Positions 44,807-54,483 of a stretch of DNA of 64,000 bases are shown here, one piece after another. The position numbers and the translations under genes are program-made. How positions within the stretch are numbered: position 1 is the first letter of the stretch; every line of letters starts with the position of its first letter. The notes under the pieces are model-generated. The model had not been told where the DNA came from, did no database searches, and worked only from the letters and a program-made list of their open reading frames with translations. This DNA is from an uncultured bacterium (GTDB taxonomy: Bacteria; Hinthialibacterota; Hinthialibacteria; Hinthialibacterales; Hinthialibacteraceae). The stretch lies in NCBI GenBank assembly GCA_964556895.1, contig CAZKYC010000001.1, forward strand, positions 29,371-93,370, given 5' to 3'.

Positions 44807-46093
44807 GTGGATACGAACACCGTAACACTCACACGCTCTCCTTATGAGGTCCTCAAAGTCAACCCTTGGGCTGACATAGAGACCATCAAAGCCCAGTATT
44901 TTCACTTGGTGAAACAATACAATCCAGAATATTATCCCCAAGAATTTATTGAGATTCGTACGGCGTTTGACATTCTCAAAGAACCAGCCAGCCGCGCGGT
45001 CTCAGATATCGAAAACTTTTCGCCGCCGCCCTCGTTTAACCATAGCGATTATAAAGGGATGGACATTCACTCCATCTCTCTCTTCAAACTCAACCAAGAG
45101 ATGAAAACGCTCTGCGGCGAACGCGAATTACACCAACTTGAAGGCGCAGAAAAAGACAAGGCGCTTCACCTGCTTCACGGCGCAGCCCTCTACCAGTCAA
45201 TTCACGGACACATCGAAGAAGCCAAAGAGGTCTGGAGCAAGATTCTCCAACTCTACCCTGACGACGAAGAGTCAAAAAGCAACCTTACCTATACCACATG
45301 GCAAGAAGCCTTTGACCGGTTCTCTGACGGCCAATATGAGAAAGCCGAAACCGCCTTTACCCAACTCGCCGAGTCAGGCTTCACCAACGCCGCCATTTAT
45401 AAAAATATTGCCCTCGCCCAAGAAAAGCAGGGCAAAAAAGACGAAAGCCGCGACTCGTGGAAGCAGACGATTGACTCACTCAACCAAGAATTAAAGTCTG
45501 ACCCCGAAAATGATTATCTGAAGGCCTTGGTTATCGCCGCCCATAAATACACCGGCGGCTACCACCTTGAAAGCCACGAAAACGGCGAAGGCAGCGAAGA
45601 CAATATCACCGCCGGGTCGGCAAAAGAACTTGGCTACGCTTGCATCAAACAAGGCAACTGGCGCCAAGCGCTTGAAGCGCTCGAGCGCGCCCGCAAAGAC
45701 AACGAAAAAGACATCGATGTCTTATGCCAACTTGGATGGGCGTATCTCAATACAAATCAACATAAAATCGCGTTTCAAACCTGGAACCACGCGCTAAAAA
45801 TCGCCCCGTCTAAACAGGGTGTCATCGACCACCTGGTCAAAGGACACACCATTTTTGGAAAACGCCTCGTCGAACAACGTATCTTTAACCAGGCGCTGGT
45901 TCAATTCAAAAACGCATTAAAACACGAGCCAAATAACATCGAACTCAGACTGTTAGTAGGCGAAACCTTTTTTAATATGAAAAACTACACCTCCGCCTTG
46001 TCTGAATTTCAGCGAGTGATGGAGCACGAACCACGAAACAAGGTCGCCCGGCAGGGCGTGAGAGAGTGTAAACGTCTCGGAGGATTTCGATGA
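44807..46093 (+). CDS. J-like domain (HPD replaced by NPE) plus TPR-repeat protein, a putative Hsp70 co-chaperone-like adaptor.
   Basis: N-terminal roughly 65 aa: SPYEVLKVNPWADIETIKAQYFHLVKQYNPEYYPQEFIEIRTAFDILKEP. This has J-domain helix II/III spacing but reads KQYNPE where K.YHPD is expected. It is followed by at least 6 TPR-like repeats. GTG start. ATGA overlap with the downstream grpE-like gene. Confidence 0.65.
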   Translation: MDTNTVTLTRSPYEVLKVNPWADIETIKAQYFHLVKQYNPEYYPQEFIEIRTAFDILKEPASRAVSDIENFSPPPSFNHSDYKGMDIHSISLFKLNQEMKTLCGERELHQLEGAEKDKALHLLHGAALYQSIHGHIEEAKEVWSKILQLYPDDEESKSNLTYTTWQEAFDRFSDGQYEKAETAFTQLAESGFTNAAIYKNIALAQEKQGKKDESRDSWKQTIDSLNQELKSDPENDYLKALVIAAHKYTGGYHLESHENGEGSEDNITAGSAKELGYACIKQGNWRQALEALERARKDNEKDIDVLCQLGWAYLNTNQHKIAFQTWNHALKIAPSKQGVIDHLVKGHTIFGKRLVEQRIFNQALVQFKNALKHEPNNIELRLLVGETFFNMKNYTSALSEFQRVMEHEPRNKVARQGVRECKRLGGFR

Positions 46094-46632
46094 TTGGTTG
46101 GTTGACCCGGTCAACTCAACTCGATCCTCGAGACGTATTTCCAATCGACAATATGCCGATTGAGACGTATGGAGGAAAAGGGACCAGCGCAATCAGGCTG
46201 ATGTATAAAAAGACGCCTGCCTTGCCCGCTCCCGGCGATACGCGGCGCCTGGCCGCCAAAAACGGCCTGGACAAGAATAAAGAAGATTTTTTCCGCCGCA
46301 TTCTCCCAATACTAGATAGCTTTGACACAATCTTTAACTATGCAAAAAACAACCACTTAGAGAGCAATGAGACCATCACCAACTGGGTAAGAACGCTAGA
46401 ATCGCTCTATAGGCGATTGTTCTCGGCTCTAGAAAAAGAAGGCTTGGTTAAGATAGAATCGCAGGGGCGTCAACTCAACCTCTCAGTTCATGAGGTGGTT
46501 GAAACCCGTGAAGCGCCAGAAAAGCCTGACCAATTGATTTTAGAGGAATTACTGAAGGGGTATCAATACGGGAACCGGGTCTTACGCGACGCCAAAGTGG
46601 TCGTGGTTAAGAACCCTCGCGTTGAAGATTAA
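46090..46632 (+). CDS. GrpE-like nucleotide exchange factor, short form.
   Basis: ILPILDSFDTIF...LESLYRRLFSALEKEGLVKIESQGRQLNLSVHEVV...GYQYGNRVLRDAKVVV matches the GrpE coiled-coil and beta-sheet domain pattern. 180 aa. RBS GGAGGA. Confidence 0.65.
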   Translation: MIGWLTRSTQLDPRDVFPIDNMPIETYGGKGTSAIRLMYKKTPALPAPGDTRRLAAKNGLDKNKEDFFRRILPILDSFDTIFNYAKNNHLESNETITNWVRTLESLYRRLFSALEKEGLVKIESQGRQLNLSVHEVVETREAPEKPDQLILEELLKGYQYGNRVLRDAKVVVVKNPRVED

Positions 46633-46787
46633 ACCATTACACGCGTTCTTCTTCATGATATGTTATCATCGAAGATTGCGTCAATCGAAAAAAACTTGAT
46701 TGATCGGCCAGATTTAGACGACAAGTTCACTGAACTTATGATATATCTTGGCCATATACCGAACGCGCGCCGGAGGAAGCAGAATAG

Positions 46788-48542
46788 ATGGCTAGGATTT
46801 TAGGCATCGACCTTGGAACAACAAACTCCGTAGTTGCTTATATGGCGGGCGAAAAGCCCACCATTATTCCCAACGACCTAGGAGACCGGATTACACCGTC
46901 GATTGTTTACTACCAGGATGACGGTTCCGTCCTAGTCGGTAAAAAAGCCCGGCGGGCGGCGGGGATGAACCCTGACCGCTCAATCTTTTCAATTAAGCGT
47001 CATATGGGTACGGCTTATCGCGTCGACATCGACGACCTGAGCCACACCCCGCAAGAGATTTCGGCCTGCGTGTTGCAGAAATTGAAATCCGACGCCGAAG
47101 AGTTTCTTGGTGAAGAGTGCCCTCAAGCAGTCATCACCGTCCCGGCCTATTTTACGGATGCGCAACGCCAAGCGACCCGCGACGCGGGCGAAATCGCTGG
47201 ATTCACCGTACGCCGCATTATCGACGAACCGACCGCCGCGGCCATTTCGTATGGCCTCGAACGCGAAAACGACCAAATTCTCATGGTCTATGACCTTGGC
47301 GGCGGTACGTTTGACGTCTCGATCATTGAAATGGTCGAAGGCGTATTTCAGGTTCTCTCAATCAAAGGCAATAACCACCTCGGCGGCGACGACTTTGACC
47401 AACGCATCGTCGAAAACATGGTCGAACGCTTTAAAGAAAAAGAAGGCGTCGACCTGACCAATGACACCAAGGCCATGTTCCGCCTTCGCGAGGCGGCCCA
47501 AGAAGCCAAAATCGAACTCTCAGGCGTGACCAAGACTGAGATCATCGTCGAAGCCATCGCCATGACCGACCGCGGCCCGGTGACGCTCGCCGAAGAACTC
47601 ACCCGCGCCGAATTTGAGAGCCTAGTTCACGACCTGATCGACATGACCACCCAGCCAACCCTTGACGCCATTCAAGACGCCGGGCTGAAACCAGATGATA
47701 TTTCAAACATTCTTCTGGTTGGCGGCAGCACCCGCATCCCTTACGTTCAACAAACCGTGGCGAAGGTTGTCGCCAAAGAACCGCGCAAGGACGTCAGCCC
47801 TGACGAATGCGTCGCCTTGGGCGCCGCCGTTCAGGCGTCGATTTTGGCCCCGCTTGATGACGAATTACATCATTCAGCGGCTGACGCGGTCAACAAAGAC
47901 GGCCCGGTCATCGTTCACTTGACGCCGTTCTCACTGGGCGTCGGCTTAGCTGAAGACCGCTATGGCGTGTTGATCGAACGCAACTCGACCTACCCGACCG
48001 AAGCCAAAGACCTGTTTACCACGACGCGCGACTTCCAAGATGCGATCAGCTTCCCCATTTATGAGGGTGAAGAAAACATCGCCTCGGCCAACACCTTTTT
48101 AGACATGTTGCGCATTGATAAGATTCCGCCCGCACCGCGCGGCGTGCCGCGAATCGAAGTCACCTTCCGCCTCAACCAAGACCGTATTCTTGAAGCGACG
48201 GCGAAAGACCTCACCACCGACACCGAAGTCAGCATCACCGTTATGGCGACTGACAACCGCCTCAGCGACGACGAACGCAACGCACTGAAACAACAGACCC
48301 AAGAACGCGTCGCCCAACAAATGACCGCCCGCCAGCGACAAGACATGGCGAATGAGGTTGATAGTTTGGTCTTCCGCGCTAAGCGCGTGTTTGGCGAATC
48401 TGAAGACCCAATGGCTGAAGAAGCCATGCGCGTTCTCAGCGACCTCGAAGAAGCGCGGACCCAGTCGGATGAATCATCTGTACAAGAAAAAATGGGCCAG
48501 TTGAACGAAATGTTGGCCCGCTACGAAACAGCCGATTATTAA
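46788..48542 (+). CDS. Hsp70-family chaperone (DnaK paralog), C-terminally short form.
   Basis: ILGIDLGTTNSVVAY, DLGGGTFDVSIIE, IDEPTAAAISYGL and LVGGSTRIP are all present. 584 aa. The substrate-binding domain is present but the usual C-terminal lid/tail is shortened. Confidence 0.9.
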   Translation: MARILGIDLGTTNSVVAYMAGEKPTIIPNDLGDRITPSIVYYQDDGSVLVGKKARRAAGMNPDRSIFSIKRHMGTAYRVDIDDLSHTPQEISACVLQKLKSDAEEFLGEECPQAVITVPAYFTDAQRQATRDAGEIAGFTVRRIIDEPTAAAISYGLERENDQILMVYDLGGGTFDVSIIEMVEGVFQVLSIKGNNHLGGDDFDQRIVENMVERFKEKEGVDLTNDTKAMFRLREAAQEAKIELSGVTKTEIIVEAIAMTDRGPVTLAEELTRAEFESLVHDLIDMTTQPTLDAIQDAGLKPDDISNILLVGGSTRIPYVQQTVAKVVAKEPRKDVSPDECVALGAAVQASILAPLDDELHHSAADAVNKDGPVIVHLTPFSLGVGLAEDRYGVLIERNSTYPTEAKDLFTTTRDFQDAISFPIYEGEENIASANTFLDMLRIDKIPPAPRGVPRIEVTFRLNQDRILEATAKDLTTDTEVSITVMATDNRLSDDERNALKQQTQERVAQQMTARQRQDMANEVDSLVFRAKRVFGESEDPMAEEAMRVLSDLEEARTQSDESSVQEKMGQLNEMLARYETADY

Positions 48543-48579
48543 ACACGTTTAACTTGAATTACGCTTACTACCATTGATC

Positions 48580-48613
48580 CCAGACGGCCTCGCGCCGTCT
48601 GGTTTTTTGTTTT
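48580..48613 (+). terminator. Rho-independent terminator after the Hsp70 gene.
   Basis: ccagacggc-ctcgc-gccgtctgg followed by TTTTTTGTTTT. Confidence 0.85.
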
Positions 48614-48754
48614 CATGCTTATCTGCATGTAATTATTACCAGGAGGTTCGCCCTCCCCGTAATACCGAAAGCAAGTCAATATAAATTGAGCAGAGACGCG
48701 TTCAAGAAAGTGTAAGTTTGATTTCTAGAGCGTTTGTCAAAAAATGTGCGTAAA

Positions 48755-48836
48755 GCGCGCCCGTATCCGCCGCGGCGGACAGCGATAGATACAGTTACGT
48801 AAACTCAATCCGCACATAATTCTGGCAACCACTATA
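48755..48836 (+). repeat. Intergenic repeat family 2, copy c.
   Basis: gcgcgcccgtatccgccgcggcggacagcgatagatacag...caatccgcacataattctggcaaccac aligns with 1245-1321. Confidence 0.7.
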
Positions 48837-48986
48837 AAACTGAAAAAATGAATTGGTCAGCCTAACGAGACGTTTTGTCCAATCGTTATTTATAGATTGA
48901 AGGCGCATACCCTGCGATAAATCAGGGATTTCGCGATACAATAGTCAGCAACACCGGCTTTGAAAGCCTACCCAAGGAGATTTTGA

Positions 48987-50591
48987 ATGGACGCCATCCT
49001 TTGTCCAGAATGTGGCGCGAGCAACCCGGTTGAGGCGCAAGTTTGTGAAGAATGCAACGCTGACCTGTCAGCCGTCAAAAGCATAATCGATACCGCAAAC
49101 ACCCATTACAACGAAGCGCTCGCCCTCGCCCATAACGGCAAATTAGACGAAGCCCTCGGCCAAATCGAAGCCGCGTTGGCGTTGTCGTCAGAGAACCCCC
49201 AATTCCATAACTTAATGGGCACCATCTACGCCCAAAAAGGCCTGTACACCGAAGCCATGCGCGCCTGGGAACGTTGCATGGCGCTCGACCCGGAATTTGA
49301 AAAAGCCTACAAAAATATGGAAAAAGCCCGTCATATGGAAGAAGAAGCGGTCGAAGAAGAAGAACGCCGCCCCTACATCATGAAAACCTATATCGCCTAT
49401 GCGGCCGCGGCCTTGATGTTGGTTGTCACCATCTATTTTGGTTTTCGCCTCAATACCAAAAACCGAATGATTGACGACTATGCGGTACAATTGAGCGCCA
49501 AAGACCAGGCGATCAGCGCCCAAAAAGACCGCCTCAACAAAGCCGACGCCGAATTGAACGCCTATAAATCAAATTTCCCTGAGGGCGGCATTGAAGGCAT
49601 CCTGCAAAAAATGAGTCAATCTGAATCGCTGGCCGAAACCCGCGAAGCCCAGATTCGCCGGCTGACCGAGATGCGTAACAAAGAGCGCGACAGTTTTCGC
49701 GACCAGATCGCCGCGCTGCAGAAAGAAAAAGACGACCTGGTTCGTGAAACCCAAAAAATTAACGCCTTATCAACCGAAGTCAGGACCCGCGACGCAAAAG
49801 TTAACGCACTCCAAAAACAGCTGACCGATACCCAACACGCTCTCACGCTCGCCCAAGAGCAAGCGGAAACCTACCGCACCCAACTCGAAACCGAACAACA
49901 GAGCGCTCAACAGGCCCGTCTCACCCACGAAGACGAAATCAAAACCATTCGGCGCACCTACGACCAAAACATAGAAACCCTGCGCGAAGACAACCGAAAA
50001 CTGCGCGATGAAATCGCCGCGCTGCAACGCAGCATGGATGACTACAAATACGCCAACGAACTGGCGGTCCAAGCCCAAGAACAGTTGGAGCAAAACAACT
50101 ACCAATTGGCCCTGCAAAACGTCGACGCCGGGTTGAACCGCGCCAGCGGCCATGCCTTGTTGGTTTCCATGCAAGAAGCCATTCAAAAAATTCTCGACGA
50201 CCCGCTCGAACAAGCGCTTCGCCTCGAAGAAGCCCGAAACCGTGAAGAACAGATGCAGGCCAAACGCCAACAGTTAGCGTCTCGCTTGCTCAAAGACGCC
50301 AACACCAGCCTCTCGAACGGCAAACTCGACGAATCGGTCGAACTCGCCGAACAGGCGATGAAACTACTGCCCGACGATGAGCGCCAAATTGCCGATGCGC
50401 AAAAAGTCATCGACCGGGCGGAAGAGCAAAAAACCAAACTGCGCCTGATTTTACTTGAAGCCAAAGAGTCAATCACCGACAATAACCTGAGCGACGCTCG
50501 ACGCAAACTGCAACAAGCGATGAAACTCTCATCCTCACACCCCGAAGTCAAAGCGTTGGAGGCGCAACTCAACGAAAACCAGGAATCGTAA
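48987..50591 (+). CDS. Zinc-ribbon, TPR, single-TM and long coiled-coil protein.
   Basis: N-terminal CPECG...CEEC zinc ribbon. TPR-like repeats. TM YIAYAAAALMLVVTIYFGF. About 330 aa of heptad-rich coiled coil. Confidence 0.6.
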   Translation: MDAILCPECGASNPVEAQVCEECNADLSAVKSIIDTANTHYNEALALAHNGKLDEALGQIEAALALSSENPQFHNLMGTIYAQKGLYTEAMRAWERCMALDPEFEKAYKNMEKARHMEEEAVEEEERRPYIMKTYIAYAAAALMLVVTIYFGFRLNTKNRMIDDYAVQLSAKDQAISAQKDRLNKADAELNAYKSNFPEGGIEGILQKMSQSESLAETREAQIRRLTEMRNKERDSFRDQIAALQKEKDDLVRETQKINALSTEVRTRDAKVNALQKQLTDTQHALTLAQEQAETYRTQLETEQQSAQQARLTHEDEIKTIRRTYDQNIETLREDNRKLRDEIAALQRSMDDYKYANELAVQAQEQLEQNNYQLALQNVDAGLNRASGHALLVSMQEAIQKILDDPLEQALRLEEARNREEQMQAKRQQLASRLLKDANTSLSNGKLDESVELAEQAMKLLPDDERQIADAQKVIDRAEEQKTKLRLILLEAKESITDNNLSDARRKLQQAMKLSSSHPEVKALEAQLNENQES

Positions 50592-50655
50592 TCTTGTCGA
50601 TGCGCCTGAGTTTGCGATACTGTCAGCCGCATGGCGGCGTGGACGAGAGGAAGCG

Positions 50656-51441
50656 ATGCACCCAGATCGGATACGAGATGTATTAGAGCAAGTCAGCCAG
50701 GGCCAAGCGTCAGTTGACGACGCCTTGCTCTTGCTGCGCGATTTGCCCTACGAAGACCTTGGCTTCGCCAACATCGACCATCACCGCGCGCTTCGCCAAG
50801 GCCAGCCCGAAGTCGTGTTCGGCCAAAACAAAACCATCCAAGAGATTGTCGACATCGTCGGCGCGATTCGCGAGAAAAACATGCCCGTTCTGACTACACG
50901 CGCGTCAGAAGACGCGCTGGCGAAGTTAAAAGAAGCCTATCCGAATGGAACGCTGCACCAACGCGCCCGGGCGTTCACCGTCGGCGACGATGAAATCGGC
51001 GAGGCTGTCGGCAACGTCTTGGTCGTTTGCGCCGGGACCTCAGACCTGCCCGTCGCCGAAGAAGCCGCCCTCACCGCGCGCTTTACCGGCTCAAAGGTGA
51101 AACGCTTGTCAGACGTGGGCGTGGCGGGCATCCACCGCCTGTTAGGACGAATCGACGTCTTACGCAACGCCGATGTGATCGTGGTTGTCGCGGGCATGGA
51201 AGGCGCGCTGGCTAGCGTCGTCGGCGGCCTGGTCGACTGTCCGGTGATCGGCGCGCCCACCAGCGTCGGCTATGGCGCCAGTTTTGGCGGCGTGTCAGCG
51301 TTGTTGACCATGTTGAACAGCTGCAGCGCAGGCGTCACGGTCGTGAATATCGACAACGGCTTTGGCGCCGGGTTCGCCGCCAGCGTAATCAACAAAAAAA
51401 TTCACCATGCAAAAAAACACGCGAAGGAACCAGTCGGATGA
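50656..51441 (+). CDS. larB: LarB-like PurE-family enzyme, the nickel-pincer nucleotide cofactor biosynthesis carboxylase/hydrolase.
   Basis: N-terminal extension followed by a PurE-fold core (VVCAGTSDLPVAEEAA...VIVVVAGMEGALASVVGGLVDCPVIGAPTSVGYG...GVTVVNIDNGFGAG). This is the LarB length and architecture. Confidence 0.7.
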   Translation: MHPDRIRDVLEQVSQGQASVDDALLLLRDLPYEDLGFANIDHHRALRQGQPEVVFGQNKTIQEIVDIVGAIREKNMPVLTTRASEDALAKLKEAYPNGTLHQRARAFTVGDDEIGEAVGNVLVVCAGTSDLPVAEEAALTARFTGSKVKRLSDVGVAGIHRLLGRIDVLRNADVIVVVAGMEGALASVVGGLVDCPVIGAPTSVGYGASFGGVSALLTMLNSCSAGVTVVNIDNGFGAGFAASVINKKIHHAKKHAKEPVG

Positions 51442-52796
51442 CCCTCTCACGTTTGCGCGCTTGTTGTTTCATTGCGTTATCGCTGGGCATTTTGGCAGCG
51501 GCAATCGCGCCAACCTATGCGGATGTTGTCTTCTTAAAAGACGGCGCCAGGCTGCGCTGTGAACTGGTCTCTTCTGAAGAAGCCAACAACCCGACCAATG
51601 AGTACATCCAGATCCGGCTCAACCAATCAACGGTCTGGCTCAAGCGCGAAGCGGTGGAGCGCATCGAAGAAACCGACGCCGAACCTCCCTCCGAGCTCAA
51701 CAATGACGAACTCGTCAAACGCCTCATCGAAGTAGGCTATATCTTAAAAGAAGACAACTCGGCGCCCCCGACAACAGGCGATAGCGCCAGCGGCGACGCC
51801 ATGCGCCTCAGCGTAAAATCGGTTCGTGGATGGGCGTATGTGTCAGACACCCGGCGGGTCGATTCATCCCAAAACCGAGAGCCGCTCCAAGAGGGCCAAG
51901 AAATTCCTCTGGGGCGAATGATTCTGGTCTCAGGCAACTCGCGCGTCACCCTGAATATCGAAGAGATGGGCGAAATCGGGTTGATGCCCGGCGCCCATAT
52001 TCGCTTTGATCAATTGATCTGGGACCCGTCCGTTCAAAACTACCGCATCCACCTTCGCCTTGAGAACGGCGGCGTCTGGTTTAACATCGGCCAGGGCAAG
52101 TCTCAGTGGCGCCGCGTTATCTTAAGCGTCAACTCCGTCCAGACCATTCTTCAAACGGGTGTGTTGCTGGCTGAAGCGACCCAGATGAGCGGCGGCGCCA
52201 ATTTACATTACCTCGAAGGCTCCGCAGACCTGCGCTTTTGGCGGGGCAGCGACCCCTATTTAGTGCCCTCCGGGCAATCGCTTCGCGTGTCGCCCGACTC
52301 AAACAAACTCAATCTGCAAGAATTCGCCGGCGCCCAATCAAAACTGGCGGCAATCAAAGACTGGGACAATTGGCAGCCCGAACCACTGGGGTTGTCCTTT
52401 GACTTTCAACCGCCGCCGCTAAACCGCTTTCGCCTGTTTGGCCCGCTGCCTGCAATGTATCCACATAAAATCCCCATTGACTTGTCGATCGCGTTTCCGC
52501 CCATCGCCCAGGGCCTTGGCGAAGTGTTTACCGAATACAAAAAGGCCTTAGACCAATACAAGTTTGATACAGGAAAGTATCCCTCAGAAGAACTCGGCCT
52601 CGGCGCCTTACAACAGTCGTATGGCGTCCCTGGCTGGCAAGGCCCCTATCTAAAACCCAGCGTGCCCTTGCGTGACATGTGGGGCAGCCCCTTTGTCTAC
52701 GACTACTTCAAAGACGGCAATAAGGAGTACGTCAGCGTGCGCAGTTTTGGCCCCAACCAATACGACGACAATGGGCTGTTAGACGATTTGCGTTAA
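51438..52796 (+). CDS. Secreted protein with a FecR-like beta domain and a C-terminal GspG-like pseudopilin domain. It has no prepilin leader.
   Basis: Sec signal peptide MTLSRLRACCFIALSLGILAAAIAPTYA. The C-terminal 100 aa, YKFDTGKYPSEELGLGALQQSYGVPGWQGPYLKPSVPLRDMWGSPFVYDY...VRSFGPNQYDDNG, reproduce the GspG globular-domain signature. ATGA overlap with larB. Confidence 0.6.
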   Translation: MTLSRLRACCFIALSLGILAAAIAPTYADVVFLKDGARLRCELVSSEEANNPTNEYIQIRLNQSTVWLKREAVERIEETDAEPPSELNNDELVKRLIEVGYILKEDNSAPPTTGDSASGDAMRLSVKSVRGWAYVSDTRRVDSSQNREPLQEGQEIPLGRMILVSGNSRVTLNIEEMGEIGLMPGAHIRFDQLIWDPSVQNYRIHLRLENGGVWFNIGQGKSQWRRVILSVNSVQTILQTGVLLAEATQMSGGANLHYLEGSADLRFWRGSDPYLVPSGQSLRVSPDSNKLNLQEFAGAQSKLAAIKDWDNWQPEPLGLSFDFQPPPLNRFRLFGPLPAMYPHKIPIDLSIAFPPIAQGLGEVFTEYKKALDQYKFDTGKYPSEELGLGALQQSYGVPGWQGPYLKPSVPLRDMWGSPFVYDYFKDGNKEYVSVRSFGPNQYDDNGLLDDLR

Positions 52797-53305
52797 GAGG
52801 TTTCTGGCAGAATCTGTTGGATGGCTTTGAGAAGTTTCTTGGGTTCTTGAGAACCGATCAAGATATGCTTCCCGTTTTTGTAGTGAATCCTCACGCCCTC
52901 ATTGCCTGACACGTTGTAGGCTTTGCCCTTCCAGACATAGCGAATGCCCCAGCCGCCATAGCCGAGAATTGGCCTGTATTCTTTGGCTTCGACTGACTCG
53001 ACTTCATCTAAACTGACAGAAATATCTTTCCAATACAGCCCGCGATAATAGAGAAACAGCCCATCCGGCCTCACTGTGGTTGTCATCTTCAACCACAACA
53101 ACCAGGCCGAAATTGAGATACTGACATAGAGACTAAACAACAGGCCATAGAGGGCCTCCCACCAACCGTCCGATCCGCTTTCCGTTCCAACAAGCTCAAC
53201 CGTCAATGCTATCGGCGCATACATCAACGCGGCGCCGACAATCAGCCAAAACCAGATAACGCGGAACGCCTGTTCTTCGACATACAGCGGCTTCGATTTG
53301 TTCAT
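52793..53305 (-). CDS. Membrane protein with two TM helices and a bacterial PH-like (bPH/DUF304-type) domain.
   Basis: Two N-terminal TM helices, then the pattern RPDGLFLYYRGLYWKDISVSLDEVESVE...GIRYVWKGKAYNV. Confidence 0.5.
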   Translation of the reverse strand: MNKSKPLYVEEQAFRVIWFWLIVGAALMYAPIALTVELVGTESGSDGWWEALYGLLFSLYVSISISAWLLWLKMTTTVRPDGLFLYYRGLYWKDISVSLDEVESVEAKEYRPILGYGGWGIRYVWKGKAYNVSGNEGVRIHYKNGKHILIGSQEPKKLLKAIQQILPETS

Positions 53306-53487
53306 GGGTTGTCCTCATGTGGAGAGGCGGTTTTCTCATTGACGCGCTTGCGCCTCCGATTCACCGCCTCCCGCAGTAGAAATTCGATTTGGCCATTCAC
53401 GCTGCGCAGTTCCTGATCCGCCCAGGCGTTAATTTCATCCCAGAGTTTCGGGTCCATCCGCAGCAAAAAACTTTTCCGTTTAGCCAT
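53302..53487 (-). CDS. Ribbon-helix-helix (CopG/Arc/MetJ-type) DNA-binding protein.
   Basis: A 61-aa RHH pattern: KSFLLRMDPKLWDEINAWADQELRSVNGQIEFLLREAV. 4-nt overlap with the downstream gene. Confidence 0.6.
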   Translation of the reverse strand: MAKRKSFLLRMDPKLWDEINAWADQELRSVNGQIEFLLREAVNRRRKRVNEKTASPHEDNP

Positions 53488-53492
53488 TCGTC

Positions 53493-54383
53493 TTAATTAA
53501 ATAACGTGCCTGTGTTCACAATCGGCTGTGCGTGTTCTTCACCGCAGAGCACCACCAACAGGTTGCTGACCATTGCCGCTTTGCGATCTTCGTCGAGGTC
53601 GACAACTTGTTTTTCGCTGAGCTGCAGCAGCGCCAGTTCGACCATGCTCACCGCGCCCTGGACGATCAACTTACGCGCGGCGATGACCGCCTGGGCCTGT
53701 TGGCGGCGCAACATCGCCCCGGCGATTTCAGCCGCGTAAGCGAGATGGCTGATACGCGCTTCTTCGATCTCAACGCCGGCTTTGGCTAGGCGCTCTTGCA
53801 ACTCGCCCATCAATTGTACGTTGACCTCATCCGTCCCTTGGCGCAGCGAGATTTCCTCTTCTTCTTCAGAATCGTAAGGATACCGCCCCGCCAGATGGCG
53901 GATCGCCGCTTCGCTCTGGGTTTCGACATATTCTTCATAGTCATCAACTTCAAACAGCGCCTGAGCGGTGTCTTTCACCTTCCACACCACCACGGCGGCG
54001 ATCTCAATGGGGTTGCCGTTGTGGTCATTCACTTTGAGTTTTTCGCCATTCAGGTTCCGGGAGCGAAGCGAAATTTTTTTGACCGTTGTGAACGGATTGC
54101 GCCAACAAAAGCCCGATTGTTTCACCGTACCCTGATAGTGGCCAAACAACACATAAGCCCCTGCTTGATTTGGGTTTAGAATGAACAGACCAGTCATGAA
54201 TACTATATTGCATACACCAATAATTATCGCTGGGACATAAAACCCGATCGGATTGCCTCTTTGGATAGAAACCATGATTCCAGATACAACCAACCAGATA
54301 ATCACAGCGATGACTACCAGCCCGATAATCAGAAACATCCATCCTGATTTTGGTTGTAAATCTTGCTCTTCTGTTTTCATCAT
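53493..54383 (-). CDS. SPFH/Band-7 (stomatin/prohibitin-like) domain membrane protein.
   Basis: N-terminal [24 protein letters not shown]. The SPFH core carries the conserved Ala/Glu-rich C-terminal helix ([37 protein letters not shown]). Confidence 0.75.
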   Translation of the reverse strand: MMKTEEQDLQPKSGWMFLIIGLVVIAVIIWLVVSGIMVSIQRGNPIGFYVPAIIIGVCNIVFMTGLFILNPNQAGAYVLFGHYQGTVKQSGFCWRNPFTTVKKISLRSRNLNGEKLKVNDHNGNPIEIAAVVVWKVKDTAQALFEVDDYEEYVETQSEAAIRHLAGRYPYDSEEEEEISLRQGTDEVNVQLMGELQERLAKAGVEIEEARISHLAYAAEIAGAMLRRQQAQAVIAARKLIVQGAVSMVELALLQLSEKQVVDLDEDRKAAMVSNLLVVLCGEEHAQPIVNTGTLFN

Positions 54384-54483
54384 GCCCTCCGATGATATAA
54401 TTATGATATCACTACCATATCATATTATACGCAAGAGTTAAATAAAAAGTTCAAAAAAAATTCCAAAGGGGAAAAATTTTAAA

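Noticed and set aside
46633-46787. Heat-shock (sigma-32 or CIRCE) promoter upstream of the Hsp70 gene.
   Set aside because: There is no CIRCE inverted repeat. There is only a weak CTTGATT ... CCATATA resemblance to the sigma-32 consensus, with poor spacing. It is not reportable.
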